From positions 192,001 to 256,000 of the forward strand of contig CAWJZV010000030.1 in NCBI GenBank assembly GCA_963847445.1: 64,000 nt of DNA, in the 5' to 3' direction. This stretch comes from an uncultured delta proteobacterium. GTDB lineage: Bacteria; Desulfobacterota; Binatia; UBA9968. Below are positions 53,370 through 62,375 of the stretch, piece by piece. A model generated the notes under the pieces. That model was not told the origin of the DNA and did not search any database. It was given only the letters and a program-made list of their open reading frames with translations. The position numbers and the translations under genes were made by a program. How positions within the stretch are numbered: position 1 is the stretch's first letter; each line of letters begins with the position of its first letter.

Positions 53370-53619
53370 TTATCGGCGACGCGGTAGCTTCGGCCTGATG
53401 GTTGTCACTTTGTAGACTCTGGCCTTTGCGGTCGTAGGTCGTCCACTGTCCGACTTGCTGGCCATTTTCAAAGGTGCCGGAACGCAGCTTCGTTCCATCC
53501 TTGCGAAACCACTCCCAATACCCAGTTGGCACCCCGTCGATGGTTTGCCCTTTTGCCCAAACACTGCCGTCCCGGTGGTGCACGGTATGCGGTTTGGTGG
53601 CGGAGGTTTTCGCGGCCAT
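53370..53619 (-). CDS. Small MORN-variant/YwqK-like repeat protein, frameshifted
   Basis: TGYWEWFRKDG...GQWTTYD. Confidence 0.65.
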
Positions 53620-53725
53620 AATCAATGACTCCAAAAAGAACAAACGGTTTAGCTAGGACGACATGGCTTTAGCGGTTCACTCCAAGTGCGTTATCGCTTT
53701 TCCTATTGTCTGCTCATGTTTGAGT

Positions 53726-54124
53726 TCAGCGGCTAGGGTAGGATGTGGCCACACAGGCGACCGCGGTAAACATGACCTGCGCGCCCGGATAGAGTTTCAG
53801 TGGTTGGCACACCGCGCGCGCCGGAGGTTCGGTGGGGAAATAGCTCTTGAAGATCTCGTTGAACTGCTCGATCTTTGCCATGTCGAGCAAATAGAGCTGC
53901 ACGAACATGACGTCGCGGTAGTCGCCGCCCGCTTCCTGTAGCAGAGCTCCTAGGTTTCGCAGAGCCTGATGGGCCTGCTCGTCAAAGGTTTGCAGCATGT
54001 CGCCACTTTCTGGCGACCGTCCGACCATGCCGGCCGTGTACAACATTCCGTTGGGCGCAACCGTAGCTTGTGAGACCGGGTTGTACATCGCGGCAGCGTG
54101 TGTGGTCTTGATAACGCGCTTCAT
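53726..54124 (-). CDS. RidA/YjgF family protein (possible cassette gene)
   Basis: QALRNL, FNEIFKSYF and PPAR. Confidence 0.85.
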   Translation of the reverse strand: MKRVIKTTHAAAMYNPVSQATVAPNGMLYTAGMVGRSPESGDMLQTFDEQAHQALRNLGALLQEAGGDYRDVMFVQLYLLDMAKIEQFNEIFKSYFPTEPPARAVCQPLKLYPGAQVMFTAVACVATSYPSR

Positions 54125-54148
54125 GTGGGCTTCCTTTCAAAACTGCAC

Positions 54149-54220
54149 GGCTAATGACCGAGCTCGCGGGCGGCAATAGAGCGCTGCGGAACTGCCGCCC
54201 GGTGGAGCATCTGGCTAGGC
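54149..54220 (-). other. Degenerate attC site
   Basis: GGGCGGCA/TGCCGCCC palindrome; ends GCCTAGC and ATTAGCC are each one base from canonical. Confidence 0.6.
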
Positions 54221-54297
54221 AATTTTTCGTGATTTAATTGCACCCTCAATCCTCAAAGCTTGCCTATATGTGAAGATCCGCGCATTGGCAGCCAAGC

Positions 54298-54564
54298 TCA
54301 AAGAACCTTCCACTTCAGCACGACCGCGACCGCCGCCGGGAAGCCAAAGATAAGTAGGAATATCGGAAGTTCTTCGCCAAGCGAGTAACCTGCTTTAGCA
54401 ACGCCGACCCACATGTTTCCTGCGGCGATAACAAACCAGAGCGCGACAAACGCAACGGTACTCCACGTTGGGGCCGCAGGATAATTGGACGAGAAGAGCT
54501 TGGCCAGCAGTGCAAGCGCGGCCAGAAGCAAAAACCCCGCAACCAGAAAGAGCAGAGTGCGCAC
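54298..54564 (-). CDS. Small membrane protein (cassette gene)
   Basis: Three TM segments; NMWVGVAKAGYSLGEELPIF. Confidence 0.7.
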   Translation of the reverse strand: MRTLLFLVAGFLLLAALALLAKLFSSNYPAAPTWSTVAFVALWFVIAAGNMWVGVAKAGYSLGEELPIFLLIFGFPAAVAVVLKWKVL

Positions 54565-54607
54565 TGAATATCCTTCCGTAGATTCGAGCCAGTGGCGATT
54601 CCGTGAC

Positions 54608-54650
54608 GCCTAACGTATAGCGTTTTATCCCTAAAGTTTGGTGGCAATCA
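54608..54650 (-). other. attI-like array start
   Basis: AT-rich non-palindromic GATAAAACGCTATAC-GTTAGGC before the cassette. Confidence 0.4.
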
Positions 54651-54929
54651 AGTTAATTGAAGGCAACGAAAGTTAAACTGCCAACCGCAATCACTTTTGA
54701 CACGGATCGTCTCGCATCACGTTGAACGTTTGTGGCAACTAATAAATCTGCAACACGTCCTGAGCAAAGCTATTTTTCGCGTCCTATATCATAGGATCAA
54801 TAGGTTGTGCAGGTCCGAGCCGGTGATACCTAACGGCTTGGTTTTCAACCCAGTTCCCGTGGTTGCGCTAGACTGCTCGGTGGCAGGCGGCAGAGAACTT
54901 ACGAGTCATTAAAGCACGCCGGTGTTCGA

Positions 54930-56213
54930 TCAGAGGATTTCGTTTAGCATGTAGAAAGCGTTGTCTTTCAGCTTGTGCCACAGCCCGCGCTTGCGCCACG
55001 CCTCAAGCTCGACTTCCTTGCAATGGGGCGCGTACTTCTCGAACACGGCATCGAGCCTCTGTGCCGTTGCTGCGTCCCGGATCCCGAGCGTGATTTCGTC
55101 GTTGGTCTCGAAAGACCGGTCGTCGAAATTGCTTGAACCGATCGCACTCCAAACACCATCGATGGTCATCACTTTCTGGTGCAGCAGCGTGTGCGGATAC
55201 TCGAACAGACGCACGCCGCAGCGCAGCAGCTTTTCGAAGTTGCGGTGCCCGGCGTGTTGCACCATGGGGTTATCGGACCCCCCAGTCGAAGGCATGATCA
55301 CGCGCACGTCAACGCCGCGGGAGACGGCTTCCCCGAACGCGTCGATCGCTTCCGGCTCGGGAATGAAATAAGGATTCTGAATCCAGATTCGCTTGTGGGC
55401 GAGGCATATCGCCGTATGGTGAAGAATCTTCACGGCAGGCGCCGAGCCTTCCGGCTTCGCGTACGCCGCATGGATCAACACGTCGCCTGCAGGTTCCAGG
55501 GTCGGAAAGACATCGTCGCCGACGAACAACTCCCCCGTTTCTCCGGCCCAGTTCTCGCTGAACGCGGACTGCACGCTGTTCACAATCGGGCCGCGCAACC
55601 TAACGCTGATGTCGGCGAAGTGTTCGCTGTCTTGGGCATCGCCGAGCCAACTGTCGACGATGCAATGACCACCCACGAATGCTTCGCGACCGTCGATGAC
55701 GACGAGTTTGCGATGGTCGCGGTCGTTCAGCACGCCGATGTTGCGTAAAGTCTTTTCATGGAAAAGCACGACTCGGCATCCGGCTTCTTCCATCTGTCGC
55801 CGAGCTGCCTTGCCTACTTCATTCGAACCCGTTGCGTCAAGCATGACACGCACCTGCTTGCCTGCGCGAGCGCGCTCCGACAGCGCGTCCGCCACGCGCT
55901 GACCGAGCACCCCTTCCTTCCACAGAAAGGTTTCGAAATGCACTGAGTGTTGAGCTGATCGAATTCGCTGCAGTAGCACTTCGAAAAAAGCGCCGTTCTC
56001 CAAGACTTCGACGGAATTGCCAGCAACGGCTGTGCTGAGGGTCAGGCCGGCGAGGGAAGGAATCAGCTCATCGATCGGCGAAGCACATTCAATGTGCAGT
56101 CTGGGATCGCGGTGACGTCTGATCGACCAAATGATGATCGATAGCAGCAAAATGCCACAAATAAACACCACTGCCATAACAATGGACAACTCGTCCTGAA
56201 TTGAGTGATTCAT
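54930..56213 (-). CDS. cls: Cardiolipin synthase-like phospholipase D
   Basis: Two HKD motifs (HRKLVVID, HQKVMTID); GSSNFDDRS. Confidence 0.9.
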   Translation of the reverse strand: MNHSIQDELSIVMAVVFICGILLLSIIIWSIRRHRDPRLHIECASPIDELIPSLAGLTLSTAVAGNSVEVLENGAFFEVLLQRIRSAQHSVHFETFLWKEGVLGQRVADALSERARAGKQVRVMLDATGSNEVGKAARRQMEEAGCRVVLFHEKTLRNIGVLNDRDHRKLVVIDGREAFVGGHCIVDSWLGDAQDSEHFADISVRLRGPIVNSVQSAFSENWAGETGELFVGDDVFPTLEPAGDVLIHAAYAKPEGSAPAVKILHHTAICLAHKRIWIQNPYFIPEPEAIDAFGEAVSRGVDVRVIMPSTGGSDNPMVQHAGHRNFEKLLRCGVRLFEYPHTLLHQKVMTIDGVWSAIGSSNFDDRSFETNDEITLGIRDAATAQRLDAVFEKYAPHCKEVELEAWRKRGLWHKLKDNAFYMLNEIL

Positions 56214-56254
56214 TCATCGTACCAGTACGCTATGAGGTCGAATACAGCAAATAT

Positions 56255-56554
56255 TTACCCAATAATCACGTACCTGCGGATATCAGGCTCTTGGGCGAAC
56301 AACGACTCAGCCTTAGACAAGGCGTCTTGCACATGAGAGGTTGTCATGTGGTTATCAATGGCGGCATCGCTCGTCCATTCTTCAACGAAAACAAAATCGC
56401 TCTCGTCGGTTTTGTTTTGCAATAACTGATAGCTGACGCAACCCTTTTCCGCGCGTGTCGGCCCTATGAGACCCAACAAAATCGCTTTGAGATCCTCAAC
56501 TTTGCCATGTTGCGCGGTAATTTTCGCGACTACCCTCACAGCTTCACTTGCCAT
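56255..56554 (-). CDS. Antibiotic biosynthesis monooxygenase family protein
   Basis: TRAEKGCVSY, FVFVEEW and HMTTSH. Confidence 0.88.
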   Translation of the reverse strand: MASEAVRVVAKITAQHGKVEDLKAILLGLIGPTRAEKGCVSYQLLQNKTDESDFVFVEEWTSDAAIDNHMTTSHVQDALSKAESLFAQEPDIRRYVIIG

Positions 56555-56557
56555 AGA

Positions 56558-56686
56558 TCACCCCCGTGTAAACGAAATCTGTAAGAAGCACTGCAGCGCC
56601 CACGGCGCAAAGATTGCAGGCACGAGTTGGGTCTCATATAACTCGGCGGTGTTGCCGCCGAGTTGCCATCGTTCAGATTGGCTCAT
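56558..56686 (-). pseudogene. 5' fragment of a SAM-dependent methyltransferase cassette gene
   Basis: AGGAGG RBS after GTTAAGG core; MSQSERWQLGGNTAELYETQLVPAIFAPWA then resemblance ends. Confidence 0.55.
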
Positions 56687-56697
56687 CCTCTCCTCCT

Positions 56698-56767
56698 CCT
56701 TAACGTTTGAGATGAGCGGACGACGGAGGCCGTAGGCCGGAGAAGGTCTATTCGATGGAAGTTAGCC
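56698..56767 (-). other. attC site
   Basis: R'' GGCTAAC and R' GTTAAGG; cassette ends gttagccgtca and tgacggctaac are exact complements. Confidence 0.75.
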
Positions 56768-56768
56768 G

Positions 56769-57408
56769 TCACTGCGTGTCTCTCAAGCATCGTCCACCGC
56801 GAATGATGATGCGTTGTGTCTCCGTGACTGCTCTTAACAGTTTTTCATCTTTGTGACTGAAGGAGGCCTGTAGAGCCAGTGCAACAGCTTCGACCCTTTT
56901 GCCTTCATCGTTGTAGGCAGTGGAAACACCGAATTCTAGTGTGACCGACTTGCCAGCTTCGATCGGGATGTTCATCAGAGGCGGAGCGGTACGGTCTTCC
57001 TTGACTTCGACGAGAAGAACAGGTTTTCCCAAATCGAACACCTTGTTTAGATCCCAACTAGGCGCTGCCGTACCATCAGCAAGGTCAGTGAGACGCTCCA
57101 AGCGAACGACCGAGTAGCGTGTAGGGGGCTTTTGGCCTTCCTCGGTCTGGATGACGACTGGCGGAGCTTCAGTACTTCGTGTGAGACGTTGTAGGGTTGT
57201 CGTTCTGCCACCGATATTCGATACGTTGAATCGCATGATTGTTCGGGTTTGCCACTCGCCTATGGTCTTGTTGCATGTTGTGAAAGAACGTCACGACAGA
57301 GGTAACTACGATCTTGGGCGAATTGGCTTCGTGGGTCTGGTAAAGCGCCACGAGACTTATAGCGAAAGCTGCGAAAGCAATGTAGTCGGAAGACTTTAGA
57401 CTTGGCAT
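56769..57408 (-). CDS. Hypothetical cassette protein with N-terminal TM, frameshifted
   Basis: Two overlapping ORFs fill the cassette from the core site to the attC. Confidence 0.6.
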
Positions 57409-57432
57409 GTATAAGCGAGATGCTTTTGTGAC

Positions 57433-57475
57433 GGCTAACGAGTGAATAGGCTGGTCTGGCTATTACCGAGGTTAT
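57433..57475 (-). other. attI-like site downstream of the intI remnant
   Basis: ...CAGCCTATTCACTC-GTTAGCC, non-palindromic, about 160 bp from the remnant's stop codon. Confidence 0.55.
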
Positions 57476-57598
57476 ATTCGATTAACCTGGCTGCTTTGTA
57501 TTGCTAAAACCGCCTACTTGTCAAATTATTTGCATTGCAGATTGCTCTGGCCAACTTAGACCAGTTTTTTTCTGTTAGGACTGACAACACGGCAACGA

Positions 57599-57672
57599 TC
57601 AACTCAACTGATTGTCCGCCGGGCTGCAAACTCCACGCCCACCACGGTTAAGGACATGCGTGCTTTGTGCCC
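57599..57672 (-). pseudogene. intI: Integron integrase C-terminal remnant
   Basis: Minus strand GHK, a deletion, then THVLNRGGRGVCSPAD, matching the IntI tail THVLNRGGRGVRSP. Confidence 0.75.
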
Positions 57673-57714
57673 GCCAGCGCTCCCAATCGTTTCTGATACT
57701 CTTCAGAGAAACTC

Positions 57715-57756
57715 GTTCAAAATGTTCCAGCCGTTCAAAAAGTTCAAATCGTTCGA
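57715..57756. repeat. Family A repeat arm
   Basis: GTTCAAAAT-GTTCCAGCC-GTTCAAAAA-GTTCAAATC-GTTCGA. Confidence 0.75.
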
Positions 57757-57778
57757 TCGGCGAACTCCCGATCATCTT

Positions 57779-58520
57779 TCAGTCCCGAAACTCTCTTAGA
57801 ATCTTCGAACCTAACGCCGGCATCTCATCCCATGTCCGACCATCCAGCTCGCGCCCGGTTAATTTCTTTCTCGTCCCGCCCCACTGCTTGAAGAAAAATG
57901 GCACGCCATGAGCAATGCATCGGTCTCTAATTTTTCTTGCCCATCGTCGGATCAATATTGCGCGCACCAGGGCCGGACTCGCCGCCGACAATCACCCAGT
58001 GGACTCCTTGGAGCGGCAATCGAGAAATCGGTCCTAACAGCGGCTCCACAGAGAGAAAGCGAACCGACGCCGGCACCTTTCGCAAATGATCGATGCGATA
58101 AGTGTAGTCCGAGTTCTCAACGCTCACGCCCATCCAGATATTATCGTGCCATGGAAGTTTGCTGGCAACTTCGGCCAACCTCTCCGATCGCTTGGTCAAA
58201 ATCTGAAACGTGTGCCAATCGGCCTCGCCCATCACGTCGAAGATTCGACGAATGAAACTCAACGGCACATCCGGATGAAAAAGATCGCTCATCGAGTTGA
58301 CGAAAATCTTTCGTGGCTGATTCCAGCGCAAAGGCTGCTCAACGACATCAGATTGCAGAGTCACAGCGAAGTTATTCCGGTATCTCGCCTGTCCCATGGC
58401 ATGGAGCCGCCGCGCCATCCGGTGCGCGTAACAGTTCTTACACCCCGGACTGATCTTCGTGCAGCCAGTGACCGGATTCCAAGTCGCATCAGTCCATTCA
58501 ATCGCCGAGTCTTGGGCCAG
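57779..58520 (-). CDS. DUF5131 (phage Gp37/Gp68) family protein, ATG lost, frameshifted
   Basis: [45 protein letters not shown] and FFFKQWGG. Confidence 0.9.
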
Positions 58521-58974
58521 GATCTAGAAAGACAACAGCACGCGTTTTAATCCAGTCGTTCTGCTGGCACCACTTTAACAGATACGAATTCGCATCCTCT
58601 AAAATCGCGATGCGCGAGGCAATAGCCGGGAACTGCCGTCGGAGGTTCGAAAGACTCTTGACATGCTCTTCATTATTCTCAATGAAAATGTATTGGGAAA
58701 AAGCTGGATTCGTTTCGAGAGCCACTTGGGTACTCCCTTTCCGTAGCGCTTCAGCATCCGAATCCGAAGTGACATCGAACAGCAAGTTCTCCTCCGCAGC
58801 TTCGGTAACAGCGTCCTTTCGGAATCCCGCCCCTGCAAATGCATCCACATAAATGGTCTTCAGCAGTTTGGCTTGAGGGTGTGTACTGAAGATAGTCATA
58901 TAGGCCCGTAGGTACTTTCTGAGGCGAGAAAGTTTTTCTTCTGTCCATGGTCCGCCGAATTGAGGTTCAGCCAT
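58498..58974 (-). pseudogene. tcmP: Three-Cys-motif partner protein TcmP, 3'-truncated
   Basis: FGGPWTEEKL...YVDAFAGAG...GS...FIE...DAN...AVVFLDP, then abrupt end. Confidence 0.8.
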
Positions 58975-59085
58975 TTAGGATTACTCCATGCACTACGCCA
59001 ACTTTTTGCTGCACAGTAAAGCCAGGTGATAAATTCGTCAAACGTTTACCGCATTGACTCGCCTCTTAGCGGTGTCCGGATCAAT

Positions 59086-59385
59086 CTACCCCGCATACCT
59101 TAGCGACTGTTTTCTCATAATTCGTTGGCAATGTCTCTCTTCGCCTCTTCCGTCATACCGCGCCTGCAGATCGAGCCAGTAGCGCTCCGACATGCCGAAG
59201 TAATGCGCCAGCCGGTGGGCGATGTCGGCGTCGATGGCGCGCTGGCCCTGGACGATGTCATAAACGCGCCGCGTCGGCACGCCGATGTCGCGGGCGAGAT
59301 GCCAGACGCTCACTCCTCGGGGAGCGAGGAATTCTTCTAACAATATTCTGCCGGGATGTGTCTTTGAAAAGCGATTGGTGTTCAT
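59086..59385 (-). CDS. higA: HigA family antitoxin (no adjacent toxin)
   Basis: HPGRILLEEFL...IVQGQRAI...FGMSERYWLDLQ. Confidence 0.88.
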   Translation of the reverse strand: MNTNRFSKTHPGRILLEEFLAPRGVSVWHLARDIGVPTRRVYDIVQGQRAIDADIAHRLAHYFGMSERYWLDLQARYDGRGEERHCQRIMRKQSLRYAG

Positions 59386-59410
59386 GGGTGCTCCTTTTCT
59401 AGATTTTCAG

Positions 59411-59453
59411 GTTCAAACCGTTCAAATCGTTCAAGTCGTTCAAACCGTTTCAA
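59411..59453. repeat. Family A arm, 3' flank of the four-helix-bundle gene
   Basis: GTTCAAACC-GTTCAAATC-GTTCAAGTC-GTTCAAACC-GTTTCAA. Confidence 0.85.
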
Positions 59454-59462
59454 GGATCGGAT

Positions 59463-59893
59463 TTAAGGTGTCGAACTTGTTCGATTTGTTTGATGCCGTA
59501 TACTTCTGGCCCCTTCAGAGCGCTGCGCTTTGAGGTAGTCGATCAGGTTACTGATCATGATGGACAGTCGACTGAAACGATTTGCTGACGTCGTCGACAA
59601 TCTTTCTGCGCGACATAAGCTTGATCCAAAGCTACGTAGAGTTGGGAGCGCACCTCGCCACACGATGCTTTGGCGACGTAGAGAAATTGAACGAACTCTT
59701 GATTTCCGCCGCGTTCAAATCCTTCGGCGATATTGGACATGACCGACATTGAGCTGCCCGGCGGATTTGATCCCGCAACGCGAAATCCTTGGCGAATCTT
59801 GTCGTCTTTCGTCATCTGATAAATTCTTTGGGTAAGCCGTCGCGCATCTTTCCATATCTCAAGGTCTTCAAAATTCTTCACTTCCATTGTCAT
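59463..59893 (-). CDS. Four-helix-bundle protein (23S rRNA IVS protein family), frameshifted
   Basis: AGGAGG RBS; FEDLEIWK...SVMSNIAEGFER...FLYVAKASCGEVRSQLY. Confidence 0.9.
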
Positions 59894-59908
59894 CCTCCTC
59901 CTAACGAT

Positions 59909-59951
59909 TTGGAACGTTTCGAACACGCTTGAACGTTTTGAACTGTTGAAC
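59909..59951. repeat. Family A inverted arm, 5' flank of the four-helix-bundle gene
   Basis: TTGGAAC, TCGAAC and TTGAAC x3. Confidence 0.8.
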
Positions 59952-59964
59952 TTTTGCATTCGCG

Positions 59965-61535
59965 TCATTCGACCGCGCCTTGTAAGAAACCATCGCCGTC
60001 TCACCCGGTCGTAGTAGAGCCACAGCAAATCGCCGCGGCGGGTTTCGGCGTAGTAGTATTCGCGCTGGATCTCGCGGTTCCACCAGCCGCCGGCGAAGAC
60101 GTAGGGGCCGGTGAGTTTGTCGATGGTGCCGTGCTTGGGGCCCAGGACGAGCCAGCCGTCTTCGTGGCTGTGATACGGGCCGCCGGCCAAGCGCACCGGC
60201 TTATGGTTGACGCGGCGGATCAGCATATTCGGAGTGGAGAGGTTCAATCCGTTCAAATCGTTCAACCGCTTCGCGGAGCCTGCCCTGAGCGCGGTCGAAG
60301 GGTTCAAAACGTTTGTCGGAAGTTTGACTTGAGTGAGCGGCTCCCAGGTAAATCTCGCTTCGGGCAGATGGCCGTCGGTGAGCTTGGCGCAGACCACCGC
60401 GTCGTCGCCGAACTCGGCGCGCAGACGCGCCAGCGCGCGGTTGGCGGCTTCGAGGTCGCGGGTCGGTTTCTCGTTAAATAAGCGCAACTGCTCGCTGGTG
60501 GCGGCGCAGGCTTCGGCGCTGAGCTCGATTTCAATGGCGCCGGCGGCGAGCTGGAGCGACTCCAGGCGCAGACGAACTAGATCTAGAATCTGCACGGCAT
60601 CGAGTGTCGGCACGGCCGGGCGCAGCGATTCTTTGAAATAGTTTCCATGATCAACCAGCAACGATAACCAGAGCGCGACCAGCGCCTGATGGCGCGCGGC
60701 GAGGGTGGTTAACAAGGGATGGAGCAGCTGCTTGATCAAAAACAGCAGCCGGGTGCTGTCGCTCTCGGCGTCGTCGAGAATAACCGTCTGCCGCGCCGGC
60801 TCCACCGGCGCGCTCGGCGCCAGCGGCGTCCACAGATCGCCGGCGGCCATGCGGTGCAGACGATGGGCTTGCTTGCCGAAGCGCTCGCGCAGCCCGCCCG
60901 GCGGCAAGGACAACAGCGCGCCGACGGTTGTGACGCCGAGCTTGAACAGCGCATCGCGAAACTTGGGCTCGATGTTCAAACGGTTGAGCGGCACGGCGCT
61001 GGCCGCCTGCTTTTCTTCGGCAGCATCGCGAAAGATGGTGATCCCCGCTTTCGTCTTGGCGACCGCATAGCTGCCGAAGCGGCTGAAACCGACGGCGAGA
61101 TTGGCGTTAAATCCCTGAGCGGAGAGATCTTGCTGCATGGCGCTGGCCCACTGCTTTGGGCGAAGCATAGAGACGTTGCAGGCCGGCACCGTTCAACCAA
61201 AAGACGCCGGGCTCTTGCGCCGCCGGCTCGACCTCGGGAGTAAAGCGCATCAGCCGATCGGTTAAATCGCCAAGCGCCTTTTCACTCTCAGCCGGCGAAA
61301 CTTCGCCGGCGCGCAACGTCGACGCGAGGGAAAACGCCGCGGCGTAGCGCAGGCCGGGCAGCACGCCCTGCCGGCGCGCGCTTTCATTGACCCAGAGGAC
61401 CAACCCCTGCGGCTTGTCCTGCGCCACCACCGCCGCCGGATGACCGGCCCAGTCGGGATGGCGCCGGAGCAAGAGTTGCAATGGAAACGCCGGCAGATCA
61501 ACACAGGCCAGCCGGCCCGGTATAGAGCTCTTCAT
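59965..61535 (-). CDS. imuB: ImuB (inactive Y-family polymerase-like), frameshifted
   Basis: RLACVDLPAFPLQ, RFTPEVE, LARLRAEFG and GGWWNREIQREYY...LWLYYD. Confidence 0.85.
60242..60313. repeat. Family A arm with nested CCTGAGC-GTCGAAGG REP, in frame within imuB
   Basis: Matches 1891-1939 plus an internal insertion; translated as NVLNPSTALRAGSAKRLNDLNGLN. Confidence 0.82.
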
Positions 61536-62094
61536 AATTCCAGGTGGGGCCGCGCCGTTTGTCCTTGAGCACGCGCAGAGCGCAGGCGAAGCGATTACCT
61601 TCCACGCGTTTTTTCTCGGCATGGGCGCGCAGGGAAACCAGCGAACCGAGAGAAAAAGCCCCGTGAGTTTTTTCCGTCAGACAAATCAGCGCCGTGTGAT
61701 GATGATGGGCCAGGCCGGTCAAGCGCGTCTGCAGCGGCATCGGAATATCGGCGGCGCCGAGATCGAGCACGACGACGCCGAAGCCGCCGGAGCGCAGCAG
61801 CTTCTCGCCGGCGCGGGCGATGCTGTCGGCGCGCGCTAAACGCACCACCACCAACGCCGCCAAATCGGTGCCGCCTTGAGCGACATCCGGCGGATAGAAA
61901 GAATGTTCCGCCAAGGTGATCCAACCCACCGGCTCGCCGCGCGCCTGCGCCTCGCGAATCAAAGTAAACGTCAGCGTCAACGCCGCCGAAGCCGCCGCTC
62001 CGGAGATCTCGACGAATCGCCCGGCGACCTCGTCAAGCGTCCACGGCGTCGCTGGAATAGCGGGACGAAGTTTTTGCGCGGGAGATAAAGCCAT
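61498..62094 (-). CDS. imuA: ImuA/RecA-like protein
   Basis: GRFVEISG, FYPPD, LLRSGGFGVVVLD and KDKRRGP; overlaps imuB. Confidence 0.82.
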   Translation of the reverse strand: MALSPAQKLRPAIPATPWTLDEVAGRFVEISGAAASAALTLTFTLIREAQARGEPVGWITLAEHSFYPPDVAQGGTDLAALVVVRLARADSIARAGEKLLRSGGFGVVVLDLGAADIPMPLQTRLTGLAHHHHTALICLTEKTHGAFSLGSLVSLRAHAEKKRVEGNRFACALRVLKDKRRGPTWNYEELYTGPAGLC

Positions 62095-62250
62095 GAATGG
62101 GCACTCCGGGAAAATTGCTCCGGCACCAGAGCGGGACACAAACGACGAGATCAGCAATCGACAACAGCTTCAGAACGGTAGGATCGAGCTGCTACAGAAA
62201 AGTAACGTCGCGTTCGCAAAATGTAGAAAATGGTAGAAGGGGGGAGCTTT

Positions 62251-62307
62251 ATTTAACTTTTGAGTTAACGGGCGCCGCAAGGCGTCCCGTTGAACGAATG
62301 GTTAGGC
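62251..62307 (-). other. attC site (last of the array)
   Basis: R'' GCCTAAC, AACGGG-CGCC/GGCG(T)CCCGTT palindrome, R' GTTAAAT. Confidence 0.82.
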
Positions 62308-62375
62308 CTCACGTGCTGCACTCTTTGTTAACTCGATTTCTTCCTCGACCAGCACGAAAAAGATCATCGGGCAAT

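Noticed and set aside
52690-53643. 317-aa MORN-cupin fusion ORF
   Set aside because: Frameshift read-through; the cupin has its own GGAGG RBS and ATG at 53172
42701-59893. Diversity-generating retroelement (FGE/C-type lectin target plus Avd-like protein)
   Set aside because: No reverse transcriptase and no TR/VR pair differing at adenines was seen; the two genes are about 16 kb apart
59555-61189. 544-aa ORF suggesting an ImuB-four-helix-bundle fusion
   Set aside because: One extra base near 59988 bypasses imuB's natural end (WFLQGAVE*, 59965); the downstream gene has its own AGGAGG RBS and the linker is translated repeat
62200-62240. LexA box upstream of imuA (GTAACGTCGCGTTCG; GTAGAA repeats)
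   Set aside because: It does not match a LexA consensus I can state with confidence, and no matching copy was seen at dnaE2
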